Below are positions 39,972-49,610 of a DNA stretch of 64,000 bases, piece after piece (position 1 is the first letter of the stretch; each line of letters opens with the position of its first letter). The position numbers were made by a program, and so were the translations under genes. The notes beneath the pieces were generated by a model, which was not told the origin of the DNA, did no database searches, and saw only the letters and a program-made list of their open reading frames with translations. The stretch is taken from the NCBI RefSeq assembly GCF_038025025.1, contig NW_027117346.1, positions 372,001-436,000 of the forward strand, given 5' to 3'. This DNA comes from Phyllosticta citribraziliensis (lineage: Eukaryota).

Positions 39972-40919
39972 ATGTCGACCCTCGGCAAAGTCATCATCGT
40001 CACTGGCGCCTCGAGGGGTAAGCTTCGCCATCCCACCATGACTTCCCGTCGCTTGTCTGAAAATGTTCACCCGCAGGCATTGGCCTCGCCATCGCCCAAT
40101 TCCTCCTGCAAAAGCAATGCAGGCTCGTCGTCGTGGCCAGGTCCAAGGAGCCACTCGAACGCCTCCGCGCTGAGCACCCCGACCGAGTCTTGACCCTGTC
40201 GGGAGACTTGGCCGACTTCTCCATTGGCGCCCGCGCTGCAGAGATTGCGACCTCGACCTGGGGTCGCATTGACGGCCTGGTCGTCAACCACGGCGTGCTC
40301 GAGCCCGTCAAGAAGATCAGCGACACCGACGCCGACGAGTGGAGGACTGCCTTCGACATCAACGTCTTTTCCGCCGTGTCCCTGGTAACGTTGCACGAGT
40401 CCACCTGGCGCTGAGCAACCCACCATCTGACAAGTCTCCGCGCCCACAGGTCAAGGCTGCGCTGCCCGCGCTGCGCACCTCCAATGGCCGCATTGTTCTC
40501 GTCTCGTCTGGCGCGGCCGTAACGTCTTATCCAGCATGGGGCGCCTATGGAGCAACCAAAGCTGCCATCAATCACATGGCTCAGACGCTTGCAAACGAAG
40601 AACCCGACGTCACCACCGTGTCCATTAGACCCGGCGTCGTCGACACTGACATGCAGACAAACATTAGGTCAACCCATCACAAGAACATGGATCCCAAGGA
40701 CGCAGAAAATTTCTTGGGTCTGAAATCAGGTGGGAAGTTGCTGAAGCCCGAACAGCCGGGAAATGTCATGGCTCGATTGGTTCTAGATGCCCCCAAAAGT
40801 CTCTCCGGCCAATTCCTCACGTACGTGGTCTTGTCCCACCCAACCTTGGGACCCTGCCAGCTAATAATCCCTTTTTCAGCTGGAACGATCAAGCCATTGC
40901 GGCTTTTCAAGAGCCTTGA
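39972..40919 (+). CDS. Short-chain dehydrogenase/reductase (sepiapterin reductase/benzil reductase-like, yeast YIR035C/IRC24 type)
   Basis: Exons 39972-40017, 40077-40384, 40450-40820, 40880-40919 with GT-AG introns. Motifs TGASRGIG, NHG, SSGAA, YGATK (YxxxK), RPGVVDT. Confidence 0.93.
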
Positions 40920-40999
40920 TGTGGCAGGTAACCTGGGCTTGGGCATCGTTAGCCAAGATTCAAACACAAGTGGAATACTGGTAGAGAATCTGTTGCGTG

Positions 41000-41095
41000 G
41001 CTCAGGTGAAAGATGAAAAGTCTCGACACGTGTAACAGCATTAGGCGTAAAGCCTTCTGGCTTAGCATGGAATGTGATCTTTTGTCATCACTGCG
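41000..41095 (-). ncRNA. Box C/D snoRNA, snR53-like
   Basis: C box GTGATGA 41091-41085, D' CAGA 41059-41056, D CTGA 41005-41002. The D' guide ATTCCATGCTAA is complementary to conserved SSU rRNA TTAGCATGGAAT (yeast Am796 region, from memory). The D guide CTTTTCATCTTTC is complementary to LSU GAAAGATGAAAAG. Confidence 0.8.
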
Positions 41096-41235
41096 ACTCG
41101 GAGGGAAGGAAGAGAAAAGACTTACCATGCAGATGCAATGTCCAGATAACCTACTGCCTAGCCGGGTTGCATGGATTAGCGTCACCGCCACACGTACACA
41201 TCTCATCAGTGTCGATGGGTCAGGAGAGGTCAGGT

Positions 41236-41310
41236 CATCAGTCAAGGATGTTCGTCACAAGACGTGTCTGAATTTGATAGTACTCTTTGATCTTTTCGAT
41301 CATCACATTG
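41236..41310 (-). ncRNA. Box C/D snoRNA guiding SSU rRNA methylation (5' domain, Um121/Um123-equivalent region)
   Basis: C GTGATGA 41306-41300, D' CAGA 41270-41267, C' GTGACGA, D CTGA 41241-41238. The D' guide GTACTATCAAAT is complementary to fungal SSU ATTTGATAGTAC. The D guide AACATCCTTG is complementary to SSU CAAGGATGTT (both recalled). Confidence 0.75.
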
Positions 41311-41831
41311 CTCGTGTGGAGAACAATATCGGCATGCGGAGAAGAGTGGGGAGCACCTACACCCTCGTCTGAGATTCATGGGGTGGGCAGAATGCGGGCG
41401 GGAAGCCGATGGAGCGGGCCGCTCTGCAGACATCGTATGATCTCCCGGCATGGCGCCACGCAGCAACTTGTTGCTGACGGACAGCAGTGACGATGTTTGA
41501 CGAGTCCCTAAGCCGTGCTGCACTTGTTCAATGGCGTCGGAGTACACGCGGACGACGAAGGCGCCAAGCCATGGGCTCACGCGACCGTCTTGAGTGGGTT
41601 CCGTGTTCAAAAGCCTTTCGTCTGCACATTGCAGACGCGACAACGAAAAGTCGTCTTTCCAACGAAAATTGTGCACGAGGGCGCCTGAGCCTGGTCTTCG
41701 TTGGCTGATACGTCGATTGCTGACATCGTCGAGCGGTCGCATTCTTCAACCGTTGGACGGCACTACGAAAAATTCTGAGAGGCTATTAGCTTGGGCTCTC
41801 GACACCAATTGCTGAAAATGGTAATGGTGAA

Positions 41832-41915
41832 AATTCTCAGATAGTCCGTTTGGCTAGGACGTGTAATCAACAGAATAATTCTGATAGGGGCGACACGAAT
41901 GCTCATCTTGGAATT
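41832..41915 (-). ncRNA. Box C/D snoRNA with an snR60/U80-type LSU guide
   Basis: Variant C box AAGATGA 41909-41903, D' CAGA 41883-41880, D CTGA 41840-41837, terminal stem AATTC/GAATT. The guide TCGCCCCTAT is complementary to LSU ATAGGGGCGA (yeast Gm908 region, recalled). Confidence 0.7.
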
Positions 41916-42290
41916 GAAGGGGAAGAGAAGGGGGAGAAGAGCGTACCTTTTGACGAGACATGGCTGAACAGGTTGGCAACCATGTTTCGCTGAAGAATCG
42001 TCGCGGACGACTTGGGTTGGGTTGTGGAGGGAAAGAAAAAAAAGTTGAGCGGATCCTTGACAAAGTAAGGCGTCGGCGGAATGGATTCGCCGGCCCCGAG
42101 AAGCTCGCCCGCGCCGGGCCCGTGCGCCCGCGGAAGTTGCGGTGCGACCATGAGATGCAAATAGCATTTAAAGAAACCCAGTCCGTGAAGGCCATCAAGA
42201 TGGCTCGCGATCCCCTGCTACCCCGACCATCCCCACCACCCAGCTTGTCCTGAGCTCTCGTCACCGTCCGCACTCCACCGCACCGCAACA

Positions 42291-42988
42291 ATGTCTGACC
42301 GCGAATTCGGAGGTTCGTTCGATTCCACCCACCTGCCTGCTGGCCAAACTTGACCACGGGCACGCGCAACCGCGTCGCAACAACGTCAGACTGACTGTGG
42401 ACACAGGCAACGATGACCTCTCGCTGCCCAAAGGTACGCGCTCCCCCCGAGTCGCCCTGGAATGAAGACGCGCCGTCAACAAGCACAACACTCCCTTGCG
42501 GCGGTCTTGGTCTCCTCAGCGGCTTGCGCTAACCACGGTACAGCCACCGTCCAAAAGATCATCAACGAGATCCTGACCAACGACCCTGGCGTCTCGTTTG
42601 CCAAAGAAACTCGCGACCTGCTGATTGAGTGCTGCGTCGAATTCATCACCATGATCTCCTCCGAGGCGAACGACATTGCGGAGAAGGAGGCCAAGAAGAC
42701 AATCGCATGCGAGCATGTCAAGACAGCGCTGGAAGAGTTTGGCTTTGGCAACTACGTCGACGAGATTATGCAAGTCGCAGCAGATCAACGCAAACAGCAG
42801 GCGGTGCGTCCCATCCTCAGTGCTCCGCTTTGTCTGAGCCTGGCTAACGGGTGCTGCAGAACCGGGAGAAGAAGCAGAGCAAGATGGAGCAAAGCGGCCT
42901 CAGCACAGAGGAGCTCATCAGGCAGCAACAGGAACTGTTCAGATCAGCGACGGACAAGTTCAACTCGGGGCCCCACGAAGAATCATGA
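42291..42988 (+). CDS. NCB2: Negative cofactor 2 beta subunit (Dr1/NC2-beta, histone fold)
   Basis: Exons 42291-42312, 42407-42433, 42544-42803, 42860-42988. Reads MSDREFGGNDDLSLPKATVQKIINEIL...FAKETRDLLIECCVEFITMISSEAN...SGLSTEELIRQQQELF. Confidence 0.95.
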
Positions 42989-43440
42989 ATCTAACGACGG
43001 CGGGACATGGGTGCTGAGATAGAGGGAGAGCTCTGGCGTTATGTGTGGGGATGCATTTGGCGTTCGGAGTTAGGGCCAGGCCAGGCGGTCAAAGGGGCAC
43101 GCATACAGGATTTGGGCATACCAGACACATGGCTTCGTACCTCGCTTTTTCTAAACAAGCACATGGATGATTTACAGCGATATGGATCCAGAAGGACAAG
43201 GGGCGTGTGACCGGCAGAAGACCGAGAGGAAAGCTTCGGGGAGCCGCTTGGCGCCCGATGACGTTTCCGAAGCGAGCGCCGCGTCTGGGCGAGGGACGCT
43301 CCATTCCGCTTCAGCCCAGGTGCCTCTACAACCCAAGACGCTAGTTTCTGCAAAGAAAGCTTCAACCTCAGCTGCCTCGATAACAATCTTCACCTTGCAC
43401 TCCTCATCTCGCCATCACCACCCCTCGGCGTTTGCTCACC

Positions 43441-44333
43441 ATGTCCGGTCTCGAAAAGGCCCTCTTCAACCTCAAGGCACGTCCTCCGCTCTCTCCACCG
43501 AGCCATGCGTGCGACCCCGCGCTAACCAGCCCTACCACATCGCAGTTCACCGCGAAGCAGCTGAACCGACAAGCTGCAAAGGCAGGAAAAGATGAGCAGT
43601 CCGAGAAGACGCGGCTTGAAAAAGTACGAGCCCACCATCCTTGACTCCCCGCCGGCGCTGCGAGCAGATCAGCACCGCAAAGATACGGGCGCATCGGCGT
43701 TGGGAAACAGATAGCAACGAAGGCAGCACGCTGACGAGCTGCAACACTAGGCCATGAAAGCAGGACACAACGATATTGCCCGCATCTATGCCCAGAACGC
43801 GATCCGCAAGCAAAATGAGAAGCTGAACCTGCTGCGCCTGGCGTCGCGCATCGATGCCGTGAGCAGCAGGGTACAGACGGCCGTCACGATGCGCCAGGTG
43901 ACGGGCAGCATGGCCAACGTGGTCAAGGGCATGGACTCGGCCATGAAGAGCATGGATCTGGAAAAGGTATGCCGCCACGCAACGCCATCCAACCACTCTC
44001 TCAGTGTCCCCAAGACTCCCGCGGGGTTGTCTATCTGCATATTCGTTCCCTCGTTGACTTGTCCGCCAGATCTCCGCCGTCATGGACAAATTCGAGACGC
44101 AGTTTGAAGACCTGGACGTGGCGACGGCCTACTACGAGAACGCCACCTCGTCGGCCACGGCCGTCGGCACGCCCCAGGAAGACGTCGACAGGCTCATGGC
44201 CCAGGCGGCAGACAATGCGGGAGTCGAGATCACCCAGGAGCTCAACAGTGCTACGCCAGCGAAGACGAAGGTCGGGCCCACGGAGGAGATGGAAGACGGC
44301 TTGAACGAGAGACTCCGGGCCTTGAGGAATTAG
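43441..44333 (+). CDS. DID2: ESCRT-III-associated protein Did2/Vps46/CHMP1 (Snf7 family)
   Basis: Exons 43441-43476, 43546-43623, 43751-43966, 44070-44333. Reads [22 protein letters not shown]...[11 protein letters not shown]...C-terminal MIM-like [10 protein letters not shown]. Intron 1 has a GC donor. Confidence 0.95.
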
Positions 44334-46759
44334 CCGCCTCGACAACGAAGGAGAATAGGACAGTGAAGACGGAGGCCGCGCAGAGCGGCATGGGCGGGGC
44401 TTGTGATACCTCGAATCATTGGCGTTTGCGGTGCGGCGTTCGGGATGGGCCCATGGAAGGTATCATGAGAAGTTTGTCGTCAACTAAGAACTCAGTACAG
44501 GTCAAGACACATATCATTTTGCACGCAATTACACTCACTCTTGAACCAATGCTGCTGTTGCAGCACCCAACGCATTGCGATTCTCCAGGCGCCATCCCCG
44601 TGCAGAACAACCCTGAGCTAGAAACGGCGGTCTGGCGAGGAGGTTGGGACCGTGCGGGACAAGACAAAACCCTGGTTGTCAGGTTGCACGTACAGGTCTT
44701 CCAAGATCTTGGCCGTGTCCATCTGCTGCTTCACGCGATATTGACACATGGGGCCCGGCCAAACAGACCACCAGGAGTTTTCCATTCGATTCAGCCATTT
44801 CAGCATTAGCGCACAAGAACAGTCCGCTCAACACCACCTGTTTCTCTTCTTTCTCTCCTGTCTTATGCCCGAGCTTAACATTGTCTTCAGATGAAAATTC
44901 AAAACAGCAAAAGAGGGAGACAGAGAATGGGTGCGTGTGACGCGGCAGTGAGGGAGTGGGCACAGTTCGGGTACAGACTTCTTCATGTCGCAGACTCTGC
45001 ATGTAAATGCAGCCTTGCGAGATGATCGCCTCGGCATACACCCTGGACTGCTCCGATTGGGATACCTCAACAGTTCCACAGCTCTGATGACGCGGAGCGT
45101 TTCTGATGCTGCTAAGATGGTCGAGGAAGAAACAATTCTTCCACCAAACGCAATGAAAGACTCTGCAAATCGCGTCGCTTTGCTTCGCACCAACAACGCA
45201 ACGGCAAAACCTCCTGGGTCTCGCATGCAACTTGAGTTCTAAGGTCTGGCCACCGGAAAACATCTCCATCACACAGACTCTGGATCTGCTCAAGCAGCAC
45301 CCTGTCTGCCTTCCCTTTACTGCCAGTCGAGGCATTCACCGGTGTCGGAACGGATCATTGCAGCGGGAAAGTCGCAGTGACCGGAAGTGAGTCGTTACGA
45401 AGGAGATTCGCCTCCCCAACAGTGGCAGGTGTTGTTTGGTCTCCCAATGCCTCTTCTCGATGGTTCAAGTATAAGAATCTTGCTTCTCGCCTCTCCCCTC
45501 CTCTCTGTCTCTTTTTCTCATCAAAAACTTTCAAAATCCAAAAATATGTTCTCGTTCATCCTTGTTCTTGTCACAGTCGATTTCCCTGCCATTCTCTCGT
45601 ATTTTTCTAATTGTCCTGATCTCTCCCTCTGTTCGTCATGTTTTGGTTGTCGAAGTGTTGAACGAGCCCTGCTGTATTCCTCACACACACACACTTTCTC
45701 TCTCTCTCCTCTTCCTGCTGTATTTTTGCCACTCATTACCATTTGTGACGGCTTGCCTTTTCCTTTGTTGTCGTATATATACAACCTCCATCCGCCCTCC
45801 ATCCTCCATGCCAACCAGTCAATCAACCAATCAAAGACCATGCCTTTTCGGTCTCTTTGGGTGGGCTTCAACCCAAGACTTGCTTGTCTGACTGGGGACG
45901 TTCCTCCTCCTCCTCCTAGGGGATCTCCGCTGGGCAACCTGCACTTGGATCTCTGTTTGCGCGTGGCGCTTGCCACCTCCATCCCGTGTAAGCCAACCAG
46001 ACCCTCTTGGCGCCTTTCGACTAACTTTCCCAGGCCAGTCTCGTGGACAGCCTCCAGGGTCTCCCTACGCGGGTGGGGCATTCTTCCAGCCATCTCAGTG
46101 AGCCAGCCAGGGTCTCTTGACGCCGCCAGCCAACCAGCCTGTCAGTCAAGCCGAAGACCTCGAACGCGAGGCCTGACTTCTGGGCAGCAATCTGCATCGT
46201 CTGCAGGCCGGCTCACCGCACGTCGACATCCCGAACCTTCTCAAGTCAACCGGATACAAGCGATACCGGATACTGATGACGAGATGGAAGAGGGGCCCGG
46301 GATGTACCACGCACTGGCGGCGTGCTGGTTCTTCCCCGGCACACCTTTCAACGCGCAAGCCGCCGCCGGCGATGCCAGTGAGAAGGTTGTGAATGTGGGC
46401 ATGATGGATTCAGCCGCCCCAAGTTCCTCTAGTTAGCCCAATAGGAGCAGCCACACAGTCGTTGATGAGCTTCCCCAAGCCTCATCCTTCTTCTCTAGCA
46501 GTCACGGCACAGGAGTCACCAGCGATGCAGCAACTTCATCAATCAATGCCGCCGCCGCCACCTCCACCGCTGCCAATCCAGCGGAGATCCACGCGCTCGA
46601 GACACCCCGCTTATCGCTGAATGCTGTGCTCAAAAGAGGACAGGTCCCAAAGGAGTGCAGTGCTCCAAAGACCGCAGGTCCCGGGCGCTCACCTGTGGGT
46701 CACACAAGAGCATGGAGGCCTTCAGGTTGGTTGATGAAGGGGCGAAGGTTTGGATGGAT

Positions 46760-47640
46760 TGGTCGGTTGGAGACGAAGAGGCGGAATGGAGCATCCTCGC
46801 CCTGAGCAGACCGAAGCCGTGCGGATCTACAACCGCAACCAAGTCGTCGACGCTGTCACCGACGGGCACATGCAAAGGTCTGGCAACCCCGATTTTTCCA
46901 TAACCGCCGGGAGCAACCACGACCGCCCTCAACCCTTTCGACGAGGCAGGCCAGCTCCACCAACACTGTGTTCTCTCCTGTCCGCCAAGGGCGTCGATGT
47001 TTGGTTTGGCGGCCTCGGCGTCCTCCTCGTCGGCCTCCTCGTCGGTGACTTTGTGCAGCTTCTCCCAATCGGCGGGTCTCCCCTGTTCACCAGCAACCCT
47101 GAGCACCAAGTTGAACGTCTCAGTCGGGCGGCTTATGAGCAGTTTGCTGTCCAAGTCCGGCTGACTGAACCCATGCGGCAGCAGGGCGCCGCCCAGGAAG
47201 CCTTTCACCGTGCTCTAGGTGGGCTGCGCGACCACAGCCTGACAAGGGAAGATTTTAACACGCTCGCCTCCCGCGTTTCCATACAGCCAACACCATCAGA
47301 CGTCCTCCGGTTGTATAGCCAAAAGGACGTCGTTGACGGGTACAACGAGATGCTGATGAGGCGCTGTGACAAACCGGTCATCACCATCCGCGCCTTTCAC
47401 CCCGCCCGGGACAGACTGGCCGCCAGCGCGAGCTTCGACCAGGCCGGTCGCTTGAAGGAGGATTTTGGCACGCTCGCATCCCGCGTCGCCACGCAGCCGA
47501 CGCCATCCGACGTCCTCCGGCTGTGCAGTCAAAAGGATGTCGTCGACGCGTTCAACGAGACGCTCATGAGGCGCTGCAACAAGAGGTCCAGAAACCCAGT
47601 CCTCTCCATCAACGCGCTCCACAGCGCTGCTATTACCACC
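46760..47640 (+). pseudogene. PIF1-like helicase fragments, probably Helitron-derived
   Basis: FGGLGVLLVG..GDFVQLLPIG (motif III), LTEPMRQ (motif IV), 'F..AL..LR', 'LRLY...VD.YN'. No Walker A/B; internal duplications. Confidence 0.75.
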
Positions 47641-48399
47641 GCCAACCTTAACTTTTTGAGAAGGCAAGGTACCTTGACACCGCCTCCGAGGATGACGATG
47701 TATTCGTCAGAAATTCTTCTGTGGCCTCCGGGGCAGCCACGATCAAACCTCGTATATTTGACTGGTTTACCGGTCAGTATATATATGTAGTGAGTTCCCC
47801 TGCTACCTTCATCTGCCCACTTGTTCGACGCTGACGGCTTGCCCAGTATTCGTGCACTCAAAATGAGTCCACTACTTTTATATGTACGTTCACCCAACCC
47901 CTGATGCACTCCGTGTCTAATGAACGTAGAGATTTCTCCAACCATCTAGTATATATGTTTCTCGTCGAAATTTCGAGTCCGGTGCAGTAGCATCTGAAGG
48001 ACCAGAGGACCACACCGCTCCTTGCGGCATGCAAGATCGAAGGCATTGCGCGGCATCTTGTCCTGGAGACCATTTAGATGGCTTCGTTGCTTCCTCCGGA
48101 GAAGTTGCGCCAGATCAGCGCCAACTCCTCGCTGCAAACGACTGGTCGACATGATTTTTCATCCGCGACTCTATGATCAACTCCAGCGGCCTACATTCCT
48201 CGCCACCGCATGTCCGTCCACACTGCGACCTGAGTGCTGCCAACAACCATCCCGAGCTCGGCGAGATTGTAGAGCTGTTGATCGCTCAGGCACAGGTCGT
48301 CGTGACAGCTCGACAAATTCGAGGCCTCGAGCACGACTTTCGCGGCCACGTCGTCCGTTTCCCTCGGGAGAATGTCTCGTTAGTTGATCGGTACAACGT

Positions 48400-48830
48400 C
48401 GATGGTCACGACTCGTGGCTGTCGCCAAGGGGAGGGACGTCTCTGACCAGGAGGTCTGTCACTCCCTGTTGAACCTCCAGCTCGTCGACTCGTCGAGGGA
48501 GGTCGTCCAGCTGGACTGTCGCCTTCCCGACCCACTCGGGCGCGGTCCGTCTTCTCTCATCCGGCGGTACATGCGCCGCGAGACCACGGTTCCAAGCCTC
48601 AAGGATGCCACCCTGTTGCAGGTCGCTCGAGACTGGATCACCAAGGGTGCCAGCTTTGGGTGGAGTCGTCGCGTCCGAGGACTGCCGCGCATCGTGTCAC
48701 GACCCCGAGGAAAAACACATGCAGAGAGGTCCACGGCCATCTCTCAGACGACGTCCTGCCGCCTGACGAAGACGACCGAGACTGGCAAAGTCTGTCTCAT
48801 GTCACAGCTTGCCAATCAGACCGTGGCAGA
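48400..48830 (+). pseudogene. Helitron-like Rep-helicase linker fragment
   Basis: RDVSDQEVCHSLLNLQLVDSSREVVQLDCR resembles the R[DE]xSAQExxHxLLxLPLxxSSR motif recalled from Helitron Rep/Hel proteins. It is followed by 'W..R.R..PRIV' and a frameshifted 'CREVHGH...DWQSL'. Confidence 0.65.
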
Positions 48831-49610
48831 GATTCTCCGAGCCGGACAGCGACCGGACGATGTGGCATACGACTGGCTTGATGGTGTACGATGCAAGAAG
48901 AGCAGCCCACACAACGTCCGTTGTCACCACCACCGACTCCCATCTACCCCCCTTCGTCAGGTTAGTCGCCACCAGCGACCCAACCAAGTGTCATTCGTTT
49001 TGCTGACTTTTCTTTTCTTTGTGAAGCCGAAGGCCATGGATGAAGATCTCATGATCATGCTCGCACAAAAGAAGAGAGAGGAACTCAGGGCCATGGGTGA
49101 AGATCTCGATCCCGCAGACCACGTTGGTCATGTCTGAGTTCCTATTGACTGCGTTGTCGACCGCCAAACAAGTCTGGCCCAGCCCTCAGCACGTCGGCGC
49201 CGCGCTGAATCCCTCTCGACTAAACGTCAAATAGACTATCCCCTTCCGCCATGTCGTCGAGCATTTCCAAACTGGTGGTGACGACTCTCCCGGTGGTCCG
49301 CGCTTTCATGTACGGAGGCTCGAGGTGTCACTTTTCGCGACTACGCTGATGGCCATCACCAAGTTCTCCATAGGGCGACCAGGGTTACTGCCCACAGCTA
49401 CGATACCCGCGATGACGGCTTGGAACCACCAGATGCAATGGCCAAACGAAAAGGCGGCCAAGGTTGATGGTCTTGAACGCCAGCTCCAAAAGAACCAAGT
49501 TCCATTTCAATATTTGCGGACATGTCACGTACTACCGCTCGTCTATCATCTGCTGCATTCAATGCATGACCAACATTGAGCAGCTACATAGTTGAAATCT
49601 ACCAAACAGA

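Larger units (their letters stand above)
40900..42020 (-). ncRNA. Spliced snoRNA host transcript (three introns, each with a box C/D snoRNA; only an 8-codon ORF MSRQKNFS)
   Basis: Minus-strand introns 41946-41775 (GTACGC..GCTAAT..CAG), 41360-41158 (GTAGGT..GCTAAT..TAG) and 41125-40933 (GTAAGT..GCTAAC..CAG). ATG at 41961, with a stop four codons into exon 2. Transcript ends are not determinable. Confidence 0.75.

Noticed and set aside
41242..42167. 166-aa and 134-aa minus-strand ORFs upstream of NCB2
   Set aside because: They run through snoRNA-containing introns and have no protein-like features; better explained by the non-coding host transcript.
47920..47950. CTAGT as a Helitron 3' terminus
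   Set aside because: No convincing GC-rich hairpin just upstream, and Helitron-like sequence continues downstream.
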